A stretch of 31,963 bases of DNA from Octopus sinensis. Taxonomy: Eukaryota. The notes under the pieces are model-generated. The model did no database searches. It had not been told where the DNA came from and saw only the letters and a list, made by a program, of their open reading frames with translations. Location of the stretch: NCBI RefSeq assembly GCF_006345805.1, contig NW_021829634.1, positions 1 through 31,963 of the forward strand, read 5' to 3'. Below, piece by piece: positions 21,182 to 31,963 of the stretch; within the stretch, counting starts at the first letter, position 1; every line of letters begins with the position of its first letter. The translations under genes and the position numbers were made by a program.

Positions 21182-22002
21182 GGTGTTAATTCATTACAGC
21201 CGTCTCTAACGAATTTTTAAAAATTAATAAAAGAGTAAGGCGCAGGAGTGGCTGTGTGGTAAGTAGCTTGTTTACCAACCACATGGTTCCGAGTTCAGTC
21301 CCACTGCGTGGCACCTTGGGTAAGTGTCTTCTACTGTAGCCTCGGGCCGACCAAAGCCTTGTGAGTGGATTTGGTAGACGGAAACTGAAAGAAGCCCGTC
21401 GTATATATGTATATATATATATATATGCGTGTGTGTGTGTTTGTGTGTCTGTGTTTGTCCTCCTAGCATTGCTTGACAACCGATGTTGGTGTGTTTATGT
21501 CGCCGTAACTTAGCGGTTCGGCAAAGGAGACCGATAGAATAAGTACTGGGCTTACAAAAGAATAAGTCCCGGGGTCGAGTTGCTCGATTAAAGGCGGTGC
21601 TCCAGCATGGCCGCAGTCAAATGACTGAAACAAGTAAAAGAGTAAAAGAGAGAGAGAGAGTAAAATTATATCATTATAAAAAAAACCCGCTTTTATCAGA
21701 TGAATACATGAATTCTAGAATCAATGACATTAAAAAAAAATGAAACATATTAAAATCCACGGGACATACATATTTAGTGATTTCACAATCGGTGCTAAAC
21801 GCAGAATAACAGTCAAACCAAAATAAAACAAATTCAAGATGTTTAGTAGGAAGGCCTGCCGCCCCTACATATAAGGGATGGGTATATCTATAGTATTAAT
21901 AAGGTTTTGTTGGCTTGGTAGCAAGGGTTTTCTTGTAATGATATAATGTACTCATTGATCAATTAAAAAAATTGTTAGAAACGGCTGTAATGAATTGACA
22001 CC
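21182..22002. mobile_element. Non-autonomous DNA element with about 80-bp TIRs; left TIR interrupted by a SINE
   Basis: ggtgtYaattcattacagccgtYtctaac (27/29) at 21182 and inverted at 21974-22002. Complementarity resumes after the SINE (attatatcatta at about 21665 versus taatgatataat at about 21935). Confidence 0.75.
21238..21662 (+). mobile_element. SINE family A, full length, with apparent AGAGTA target duplication
   Basis: Intact A/B boxes and tail; aagagta precedes and agagta follows. Confidence 0.96.
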
Positions 22003-22334
22003 GCTCCATCAGTTGTTATTTACTTATAATTCACCTCGCTCGAAACCTGCCCTTCAAGGGATCCGAAGTATATCATGGACTGTATATTTATAAACTATAT
22101 GTTTCTGAATAGTTCAAGGGCTCATTATATACTCAGTCGGGTTCAATTAATTGCACACATTACCCGAATATCATTCTGCCAAAACATCTGTACCTATGTT
22201 GGTATTCGCCGATAATTGTTGTGTATGCACCCAACCACCCACACCCCCATATACATATATATATACACGTATATATATGCATGTGTATATATATATATAG
22301 TATATAATATATAATATATATAATTTACATATTT

Positions 22335-22495
22335 AGGCGCAGGTGTGACTGTGTGGTAAGAAACTTGCTTCCCAACCAGGTAGTTCCGGGTTCAGTCCCA
22401 CTGCATGGCACCTTGAGCATGTATCTTTTGCTATAGCCTCGGGCCGACCAAAGCATTGTGAGTGTATTTGGTAGATGGAAACTGAAAGAAGCCCG

Positions 22496-22534
<39 letters not shown>

Positions 22535-22738
22535 CATACATGCGCACACACACAAACACACACACACACACACATACACACACACACACATATATATATA
22601 TTAAATAGCGGTTCGGCAAAAGAAACCGATATAATAAATACTAGGCTAAAAAAGTCCTGGGTTTGCTTTGTTCGACTAAAATCTTTCAAGGTGGGACTCC
22701 ACTATGGCCGTAGTCGAATTACTGAAACAAGTAAAAAA
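22335..22738 (+). mobile_element. SINE family A with internal deletion and (CA)n in place of (TG)n
   Basis: Head and tail align to family A; about 70 nt after the microsatellite is missing. Confidence 0.88.
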
Positions 22739-23269
22739 TTATATAAATATACATAGAAAACACACACGCACACATATATATACATACATATAAATATATA
22801 TAATATATACATATACACACATGTATAATTACATATATAAGTGGAGAGAGAAATACAGAGTGAGAGAAAGATGGATGTGTGAGTGTGTGGTTTATGTGTG
22901 TTGTATTGACTTCCGAAACTGTTACTCAGAATTTCACGCAATCAATTGTCAGGCAGGCTCATGATTGAAATGATCAAACGAATTTTCCTGCTTTTGAGTC
23001 ACAAATTCAGACATTTGCAGAAAACGTTGCTCACCGAGGAAAAAGCCTAGAATTTGAAATACTCAATACAGGTAATGTTCCTTTCTCACATTGTCCTTCA
23101 ATCAACGTACAAAGGACCTCAATGCTGAAATGCCTTTTGCAATTCCCAAACAAAGTGCTTATGAAGAAGAACGAGAAAATTTAAATGGAAATCTCACGAA
23201 AGAAAAAGTAGATAGAATTTAAGATGCATAAAATGGAGTGAATTTATTGTGATTTACACGATCGTTATG

Positions 23270-23460
23270 AGAAAACTATGAATGCAAATTCAGGTAATGA
23301 AAGAAGCATAAAAGTTGGGCAAGTATTGCTAAATTAGCTTCGATGTTGCAAAGACCTGTATGGAAAAAGGAAAATAGAAAAGAAAGACGAGAATTGTTCA
23401 GACTAAATTATCGAATTATTTTTCGAAAATATGAATCTTGTATCAAATTCATTTGAACTT
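23270..23460 (+). pseudogene. Possible pogo/Tigger transposase C-terminal remnant
   Basis: Frame MNANSGNERSIKVGQVLLN*LRCCKDLYGKRKIEKK...ELFFEN resembles the ERSxKV...CYxxxYxEKK...FF end of Tigger transposases. No TIR found. Confidence 0.4.
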
Positions 23461-23743
23461 CAAGAGAAATAAAAATGTTTCAGATATATATATATATATA
23501 TATTATGAATTTTAATTTCATTCTGGCTTCGATAATGCGTCACTGAATATTTATAATGCATGATATGGACCTCGCAACTTGGTTTTCCGCAACCCCCAAC
23601 TGGTCACTGAATACATTAATAAATTAACACACACACACACGCGCGCGCACACACACACACACTCACACACACACACGCACGCACTCACACACACTCACAC
23701 ACACACACACGCACGCACACACACACACACAAATATATATATA

Positions 23744-23948
23744 TTTGAAAAAAGAAAAAAGTATAATTTCACTGGTAGTTGTAATCAATCTAATTTATTA
23801 GTTAAAGTTTTTAATAATACAAATTTGATACTTTAGTTCGTACATCTAGTTCTACGAACTAAAGTGTAAAATTTATATTATTAAAAAAAATTTTAATAAT
23901 AAATTATACTAATTAGAATAACCAGTGAAACTATTCTTTTTCTTTTTT

Positions 23949-23952
<4 letters not shown>
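23744..23952. mobile_element. 209-bp fold-back (palindromic) MITE in a (TA)n context
   Basis: Outer arms tttgaaaaaagaaaaaagtataatttcactggt / accagtgaaactattc...ttcaaa; inner perfect stem actttagttcgta / tacgaactaaagt around a 10-nt loop (23843-23852). Confidence 0.85.
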
Positions 23953-23990
<38 letters not shown>

Positions 23991-23991
<1 letters not shown>

Positions 23992-24516
23992 CAATGATAA
24001 ATCTCAGAGCGAGTTATAAACAGTAGCAGCAACACATCGTGACGTATATTTGCCATTTGAATATGGCTAACCCCTAAGGGTGAATGCTACTGTAGTTTGT
24101 AGCCCCAGGAGGACACCTCCTCCAGCTGGCTATAGACACACTTTCTGTGTCCTATCAGTATCTGCAAAGGGAAGCCATCCTTCCCGTCTTCAACTTATGA
24201 TACACACGGACTCGAGTTTCAGGGTATTGACCCGTCATCGGCGTGTGACAATCATAGTTGTCGACGAGAAGTTGGTTCCCTTCACAAATACATATACTTT
24301 TTCCAGTATCGATTGACACTGATATTGAAAAAGTGAAATCAAACAATGATAAATCTCAGAGCGAGTTATAAACAGTAGCAGCAACACATCGTTACGTATA
24401 TTTGCCATTTGAATATGGCTAACCCCTAAGGGTGAATGCTACTGTAGTTTGTAGCCCCAGGAGGACACCTCCTCCAGCTGGCTATAGACATACTTTCTGT
24501 GCCCTATCAGTATCTG
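23991..24516 (+). repeat. 174-bp direct repeats (23991-24164, 24343-24516) with a 178-bp spacer
   Basis: Only 3 mismatches counted by eye; period 352. Confidence 0.95.
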
Positions 24517-24804
24517 TATTTTCTCGGTGCATCCCCCCTCCACAAAAACTTCAACAACTGATAATTCAATTTTCTTTTCTCTTCGGATTTAACTCATTAT
24601 AAGTACTGAAGGAAACCTGACAAAGATTTGAGCAAAAGAACGTTTCCCTAAAATGCTACGTAAAATTTAAAAACGCAGTCGAAGTGTAATGATAGTTTAG
24701 GAGGGAGTTTCAAACAGATCTCCCAACATCACTTACCATCACTGAAATTAGAGGTAAGGTTGAAGCAGATGAAACTGTTCATGTGCACAACTAACGTTCC
24801 GGAA

Positions 24805-24900
24805 GTCCCTGGACATTGGGCAGGTGTCTTCTAATACACATTCAGGCCGACAAAACCCTGTGAATGGATTTGGTAGGAAGAAACTGCATGACGTCCGCCG

Positions 24901-24901
<1 letters not shown>
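24805..24901 (+). mobile_element. Degraded SINE family A 5'-body fragment
   Basis: ttgggcaggtgtcttct...ggccgacaaa...gaatggatttggtagg...aaactg...cgccg(ta)n. Confidence 0.65.
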
Positions 24902-24953
<52 letters not shown>

Positions 24954-25032
24954 TAGATAAACTTAGATATGTTTCGACCAATGATTGGTCCAGGCCATGT
25001 CTAACTTAATAGCACCGCATACTATATAGATA

Positions 25033-25092
<60 letters not shown>

Positions 25093-25239
25093 ATAATATA
25101 TATTCAGAGGACAATAAGGATTATATTAGGTTATCACTTTCAGAAATAGTCAGTGTTGTTTTAGACCAAACGATAAGGATTACATTAAGATACTTTCGGA
25201 ATATACAAAACAAGTAAAAGATAAAAGATAAAATTTTAC

Positions 25240-25892
25240 CTATTTGGGGGCCTGAGAATCTGCATATTACGGATATATATCATGCTAATTTACCACGAGT
25301 TACTCTATGGTGCAGCTTATCATCAAAACAGTTAATTAGACCCTTCTTTTCCTTTCACAGTACTCTGACTGGGTCCCATTTACTTCAACTTGCTGCTACA
25401 ATCTGCCATGCAAAGCATTCAATAGGATTCTGAAGACTTGGAGTTTTATTTGGAGCAAGACGAGACCCCTGAAACTATCATAGAAATGTAGGGCCAATCT
25501 TGAAGAAATATTACCTAACAGGACGGAGAAGTTCCGTAGAATACTCACTCTCCACGTTCACAGGACCTCGCACTCGTAAACATGTTTTTTTTTGTGAGGA
25601 TACTTAAAAGACAAATTTTACTGTACAAAACTGGTAACCTTCGACGAAATGAGGGGATCCTCATTGAACCGGAACGCGTACAAATACCGAACGAAATATT
25701 TCTTGATGGTTTTGGGTACATTGCTTCGCGTCATCAGCGATGATTGGAGCTTAAGGGTGATCAATGTGAAAACAGGCGTTCATAAAAATATTAATTTCTG
25801 TCTGTGGGTTATATTAAATTTTGAAAACAAAAGGTATTTTAAAAAGACTGAGAAATTCAAAGTGCGTACACATCTTTTGGTGACACCCTGTA
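25240..25892 (+). pseudogene. IS630-Tc1-mariner (DDxD, maT/rosa-like) transposase remnant with right TIR
   Basis: WGPENLH...NLPRVTLWCSLSSKQLIRPFF, FYLEQDETP (QQDGAP), PRSQDL...FFL*GYLKDKFY (PRSPDL...FFLWGYLK); ends ...ttttggtgacaccctg|ta (CAGGGTG-type TIR plus TA). Confidence 0.85.
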
Positions 25893-25950
25893 CGTGTGGT
25901 GTGTGTACATGTGTGTATATGCGTGTGTTATTAGCATATAATATATATAA

Positions 25951-25998
<48 letters not shown>

Positions 25999-26153
25999 TG
26001 TGTGTAAGTGCGGACATGCATGAGTATTTTTGTTTTTGTTACGTACGCACAAGTCCAAACGGAATTCCGTTTGCATCAGAAACATATTCAATAGTAAACA
26101 CCTTCTACCCAAAACTGTATAACACGTACATGACTTATACAATGTGGAGGAAG

Positions 26154-26184
<31 letters not shown>

Positions 26185-26559
26185 TATAGATATATATATA
26201 TATTATATCTATATATGATGCAAGTTCAGAGGAAGTGAAACTACACAAAAAATGATTTCCTTTTTCCTATGTACCGGAATAAAACTAATGGATGTGCGCC
26301 CGCAAATCAATGAAAATCCCTCTAATTTCATGTTGGATCACAATAAATTCTAAGAATGTACGTGCCTGCTTATTTCTTCTGGGATTTTGCGTATTGTTAT
26401 ATCTTGTGTCGGTATATCGTAGCTTGATCATAGCACAACGTTCTTGCCATGAAGTAGATTGATAAACAGACATGAGTAGAGATTGAGCTGATCGTTCAAT
26501 AATGGTTGATTAATGACTGGACACACAGGGTGACGTAGATACATATATACTTATTTACA

Positions 26560-27052
26560 TACAAACATACATACATATGTGCATATATACAAACATATAC
26601 GTATGTGCCTGTGTGCGTAGGTATGCATATGTACACATATACATACATATACTGTTATGTATGCCTGTATGTATGTATCCTATGTATATATCTATCTATC
26701 TCTCGTTATATGTATATGTATATATATGTATGTGTGTGTGTATGTGTGTGGGTATATATATATATAATATATATATATATATACATACATGTATGTTTGT
26801 ATAAGAATAAGTAGACAAATAGATTGGTAGATAGATATCCGGGTAACTAGTTACATCAACCGAGAAATTAGACGTAGATATACATACATAAATGTATACT
26901 GCATATACACACACACACACACACACACACCATATATATATGCATATATATATGTATATATATATACACATATATATACATATATATATGAATATATATA
27001 TATATTATATATATATATATATATAACATATATATACATATATATATATGCA

Positions 27053-27093
<41 letters not shown>

Positions 27094-27353
27094 CATACAT
27101 GTATTTGCTCATACATATATGCAGATACAAAGGCATACCCCACACACAAACATAGATATATATGAAAAAAGAGTGAGAAAAAGAAAGAGAGGTATAGATA
27201 GATAAATTGATAGTTATATCCATACAAATATCATATCGCATATAAGTATAGGTTCATATATGTACGTGTGTGTATTTAGTTGTATTAATAGTCAGAGAAA
27301 TATATATAGATAAGACTACAGACAGACAGGGAGATAGAAACAGAAATTTGGAG

Positions 27354-27384
<31 letters not shown>

Positions 27385-27411
27385 ATATATATATAGATAG
27401 AGTAGATAGAT

Positions 27412-27479
<68 letters not shown>

Positions 27480-27480
27480 T
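26560..27480. repeat. Compound (TA)n/(TG)n/(CA)n/(GATA)n microsatellite field
   Basis: Directly visible. Confidence 0.95.
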
Positions 27481-27914
27481 GATAGAGAAGTGGGTGAAAG
27501 ACGGAGATTTCCATAAGAAGCTGCTATATTATGCAGATCAAATTTGATGAACAGTTTTGCCTACAGCCAAGAATTCAAAACTAATATTACTGATCGGACG
27601 CTTTCTAGTGAGCGGGGTAGAGGAGAAGGGAGAGGAAGAAGAAGAAGAGAGAAAGTAAGGAGAGAAGATATAAGGAGGAAAAGAAAGTACCGGATGAAAG
27701 AGGAAAATGCAAATACGAGTTAAGGGACATAATACTAATATTACTATTAATAATGCTGAAGAAGATGAAAAAGAAGTGAAAGAAGGAAGAGGTAGTTAAA
27801 GAAGCTATATTTGGTAACTTTGAATACTATCTTAGTGAATGTGAAATTACAGTTGTGATGAAATATATAATGTTATCCGTGCTTGAATAAATACAAACGT
27901 ATTACATACTGACA

Positions 27915-28066
27915 TTCATACATACATACGAGCATACATACTTACCTATCTACCTACCTACCTACCTACCTACCCATATACCTACCTACCTACCTACCTA
28001 CCTACCTACCTACCTACCTACCTACATACATACATACATACATACATACATACATACATACATAAA

Positions 28067-28116
<50 letters not shown>

Positions 28117-28289
28117 CATATATACAAACATACATACATACTTACATACATACATACATGCATACATACATACATACATACATACATACGTACATACATA
28201 CATACATACATACATAATACATACATACATACGAGCATACATATTTACCTACCTACCTACCTACCTACATACTACATACATACATACAT

Positions 28290-28320
<31 letters not shown>

Positions 28321-28380
28321 TACATACATACATACATACATACATACATACATACATACATACATACATACATACATACT
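27915..28380. repeat. (CTAC)n/(CATA)n compound microsatellite
   Basis: Directly visible. Confidence 0.97.
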
Positions 28381-28389
28381 TGTAAAAGA

Positions 28390-28565
28390 CTTTGATTGGC
28401 AAAAGCGTGATATCAGAAGCGTGACGGTATTAAGAGGAACTTGACCACAATCAGCCTGGACTACACGAAAGCATTCGATTTTGCTCCTTATTCGTAGATG
28501 CCAGAAGCCCTACGAGCTGTTAAAGTTTAAGGTGCACTTATGAATGCTATAGGGAACCTGACTTC
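28390..28565 (+). pseudogene. R4/Dong-like RT internal fragment (motif A region)
   Basis: KRNLTTISLDYTKAFDFAPYS*MPEAL resembles KRNLxxAWIDYKKAFDSVPHSWI of R4/Dong RTs. Confidence 0.65.
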
Positions 28566-28881
28566 GTTCAGATCCGCCGTCTGGAAATTAAGTAGAGGAT
28601 GTTAATGTATTGTCACTTACAAGTTTCAGAATGACCAGGGTATATTAAAAAAGAAAACAGTACAACAATAATGACGAATGACGATTAATCTTTCAGTAAT
28701 TCGTAAAACATCAAAGTAACAGCTGTTCTTTGAAAAGGATTTAAAAGTGTATGCCAAGAATACGAATGGTATGCAAAAGCGCCTGACTGATGAGAGTCTC
28801 AAAGAAGTTTGGTCAAAACAAATGTTCTTACCTCGTTGTAAAACGTGGGATAAAACGAGGTATAACTACAAGCCTATACAG

Positions 28882-29100
28882 CAGTGGTTTTCAACCAGGA
28901 TTCTGCGGAACCTTAGGGTTCCGCCAGTACAGTCCAGGGGTTCCGCAAGAAGTTACAAAACTGCTAAAATCGGCAGTAATTCTTAATTCTCCTGTGCAGA
29001 TATGTGTGCATAAGACTATTAAATTATTGCACAGGGGTTCCTCGAGCCAGTGGAATGTTTCCTTGGGGTTCCACTCCAGCAAAAAGGTTGAAAAGAACTG
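28882..29100. mobile_element. hAT (Charlie-type) MITE, 219 bp
   Basis: TIRs cagtggttttcaacc / ggttgaaaagaactg (13/15); 8-bp flanks ctatacag / ctctagag (6/8, NTCTAGAN-like); internal GGTTCC repeats. Confidence 0.85.
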
Positions 29101-29519
29101 CTCTAGAGTAATGTTTCTGTCCATTGGTTTGACTACTTCCTCTATATCGGCTGAGGAATGCACACACACACACACACACACAAACATGCACACACACACA
29201 CACACACACACACACTGTATAATCGTCTAAGAATCTATAAGCCTGAAAAAAATGTACTTGTATATTTCTCAAAGGAATGGGTTTGTTAATCAAAGTATAC
29301 AACATTACAGATCGCTTAGGATATGGGATAATCGGATATTAGATAACAACATTGCTAAGTAATAATATGTGCTCTTCGGCCACTTTAAACTATTGTAAAT
29401 ATCTACTAATTGCCAACTTATAAGTGGATGTCTCGCATTAAGCTTTTCACAACTAAAACATTGTCCCTGTTGGAGTAATTTCCACACCTAATCATTATAT
29501 TTTGTAGTAAGAGGTCTGA

Positions 29520-29962
29520 ATGAGAGGGGAAGATACGAGACGACCACCAAAAAAAATGGCCCTGCAAAACCACCTCACACAAACCAATCAAGATAGAGTG
29601 TTTTAAAACAGAAAAATGTTTATAATGAAAATTTATTGCATAATCTACATTTTAAGAAGTTACTGTACATTGTTAATATTTCGTGTGGCTTCCATTAGCT
29701 TGAATAATTGCTTCAATGCACCTGGGAAGAGATGCGTACAAACCGTTCGCCATCTTCTAATAAGCGAGAATTTATCAGGTCTTCAGGAAAGCGAAACGAT
29801 CCACGTTACACGACGAAAATAGTGAAGTTTGCGGGAAAAAGTCTGATGCTTTGGGGATACATAAAAAGTGATGGTTCAAGAAAGTTGGTTAAAATTGACG
29901 GTTGCTTGAACAATACCGAGTATATTCAGTTGATACCAGACTTGGATGAAGGTGAGAGATTT
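29520..29962 (+). pseudogene. Tc1 transposase remnant (internally deleted)
   Basis: QTVRHLL (HTH linker) followed by PRYTTKIVKFAGKSLMLWGYIKSDGSRKLVKIDGCLNNTEY, typical of Tc1 TVKxGGGSxMVWG. No TIRs found. Confidence 0.8.
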
Positions 29963-30029
29963 GGAAATAATATTTATATTTTTAGATCAGTGACTGTACG
30001 TCACTTTCAAAACTATATATTGAAACGGT

Positions 30030-30138
30030 GAGTTCAGCAACACTATTTAGTGAAGTAGCTGCTTTGTGTTGAAATAGGGCAATAACCCAGAAACTAGTCT
30101 ACAGATGTTGTTTTGCGCCAGATAGGAGTGCTGAACTC
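30030..30138. mobile_element. Possible small degraded MITE
   Basis: gagttcagca / tgctgaactc 10-bp inverted ends, with weak complementarity to about 23 bp. Confidence 0.35.
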
Positions 30139-30590
30139 CATGTTCGAAAATATAAGGATATAAATATTGTGTCGTATAGCCAGCTAGAAACGATGTTTCT
30201 TGGGGCTAAAACAAAAGTAACATAGTCCCTTACAGGGCATCCACATTATATTGGCAAATAGCCTTTACTCTAAAAACTGTTACTGAATGTCACTCTTTGA
30301 GAGATTTAGAAATAGAAATAATGATAATAATAATAATAATATATATACTTATGAAGATATATACTTATGAACACACACACATATATATATATACATACAC
30401 ACATATATATGTATAAATATATATATATATATATATGTGCGTGTGTATGAATGTATGTATATATATATGTGTGTATATATTATATTTATATATATTATAT
30501 ATATGTGCGTGTGTATGTGTGTGTGTATATAAAATATATATATATACCTACTTATATGTAAATACATATATATATATGCATATATAGGTA

Positions 30591-30770
30591 GGGGACGTCA
30601 AAAAACATAAACAAAATGAAATATGAAAACAACATGAAATACAAAGTCAAACTTGTGTATGCAAACGATAGAAATAAATGGAAAACAAGACAAGTAAGAT
30701 AAAGAGCGGCCCTTCATCAGTTGTCGGCTGTCCATCTACTCCTTATTTCGAGCATTTAACGACAATATGA
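30591..30770. repeat. Dispersed repeat (possibly PLE terminal region); second copy at 31640-31746
   Basis: aaatggaaaacaagacaaStaaSataaagaRcgRccctt shared by both copies; CTGATGA on the minus strand at 30714-30720. Confidence 0.55.
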
Positions 30771-31208
30771 GGCTAAGAAAGGCAGTTACTCCTGCGAACT
30801 AAATTAAAATTTGGGATTTGTGTAGGGTCAAAGTTGTAGCAGAACAGAACAGTGGAGACATATTAACAAACCAAGCGAAAATAAAGATGAGGAATATTGT
30901 CTTTGACAAAAGAAAAGATAGAAGAGGAGACAGATAATACTGCGTCTGGTCTGTACGACAGACTGAAGGAAAAGAAAGGTGATCACGTGAGGAAAAGAAA
31001 GATGGACAATGGTCGCGTGTGAGCAACGAGAGAGTAAAGGAGAAAGAGTGTGAGAGATAGAGATAGATAGAAGACGGTGAAAGGGAGGTCAAAGAATTAG
31101 AGAAAGGAAGAGAAGGAGAACAGTACATGGTAGAGTCGCATCAAAATTATTAAGATAAACCTTCTGGGAAATTGATGCGTGGCGTTCAAACATATAATAG
31201 TATAAATA

Positions 31209-31243
<35 letters not shown>

Positions 31244-31244
<1 letters not shown>

Positions 31245-31300
31245 GGTGGTGCCCCAGCATGGCCTCAGCTCGTGAGCTGAAACTAGATGAAATGAAATAA
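31244..31300 (+). mobile_element. SINE family A-related 3' tail fragment
   Basis: ggtggtgccccagcatggcctcagctc...ctgaaac. Confidence 0.55.
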
Positions 31301-31591
31301 ATAAATAATATATATATATATGCCATACTAATACAATTGTTCGTTTGTTTTCCACCTGCCTTCGTCTTTTGTTTATTTTCATAAAGCTTCCCGTTATATA
31401 TATATATATATTTCGAAATCAAGTTTTAGGAAAGCATAAGAATTAGATAATTTGTCTACCCAACTTCTTTTCTCATCAGCGGAGGATACTACAATTATGA
31501 ATAATTGTGAATAATTGTATATTAAATTTGTATATATATATACAATTATATATATATATATATATATAATATATATATATATTATATATAT

Positions 31592-31624
<33 letters not shown>

Positions 31625-31744
31625 GCATATATGGGTACAGGAGGTCACAAAACGTAAACAACAGGAAATACGAAGTCTACCTTGGGTGTGCGAACAACGA
31701 GAGAAACAAATGGAAAACAAGACAACTAACATAAAGAACGACCC

Positions 31745-31963
31745 TTTAGTCGAGCAAATCGACCCCAGGACTCTTTCTTTGTAAGCCTTTCTTTGTAGTA
31801 CTTATTCTATTGGCCTCTCTTGCCGAACTGCTAAGTCACGGGGACGTAAACACGCCAGCATCGGTTGTGAAGCGATGCTGGGGAGACAAACACAGATACA
31901 CAAACACACACATATACATATATACGACGGGCTTCTTTCAGTTTCCGTCTGCCAAATCCACTC
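31745..31963 (-). mobile_element. SINE family A, tail lost, runs off the window
   Basis: tttagtcgagcaaatcgaccccagg...cgacgggcttctttcagtttccgtctgccaaatccactc; small internal duplication of tttctttgta. Confidence 0.92.

Noticed and set aside
24099-24165. HDV-like ribozyme in the 174-bp repeat (acc-tcctcca, G.U-closed gtagcc/ggctat, P4-like hairpin)
   Set aside because: P3 has a C-C mismatch, and no P2 partner is compatible with a catalytic-C J4/2.
24250-24295. piggyBac-like VVDEKLVPF peptide in the spacer
   Set aside because: Nine residues only, the flanks do not fit, and there are no TTAA or TIR signs.
26285-26540. Mariner N-terminal HTH or TIR (ORF MSVYQSTSWQERCAM..., cagggtg at about 26527)
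   Set aside because: Similarity is too vague and the TIR does not match the 25890 end.
30690-30760. Complete hammerhead around CTGATGA (minus strand) using the upstream CGAAA
   Set aside because: Helices II and III cannot be paired and there is no downstream GAAA in this copy.

Overview
AT-rich, microsatellite-saturated eukaryotic non-coding DNA. The SINE and LINE repertoire looks like Octopus (cephalopod); this is recognition from memory, not a database result. No intact host gene, RNA gene or CRISPR array is supported, and almost all ORFs in the supplied track are microsatellite read-throughs. The window is a transposon graveyard. It holds about 13 pieces of a tRNA-headed SINE with an internal (TA)n(TG)n tract (family A), a second SINE (family B, including a 4-unit head-to-tail array), and a third SINE with a Meta/V-like domain. 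It also holds decayed LINEs (RTE, R4/Dong, a CR1/Jockey-type RT), Tc1, mariner and pogo transposase remnants, several MITEs, a Helentron-like element and Penelope-like ends. The most interesting structures are: (i) a (TAA)n landing pad at 11.8-14.05 kb stacking two Dong-type fragments and a 555-bp ORF-less element; (ii) the SINE tetramer with palindromic junctions; (iii) about 130-bp inverted arms 3.3 kb apart; (iv) a 209-bp fold-back element; (v) a 98%-identical 174-bp direct repeat; (vi) partial hammerhead-like and HDV-like ribozyme motifs. None is a proven new system. All are testable leads.
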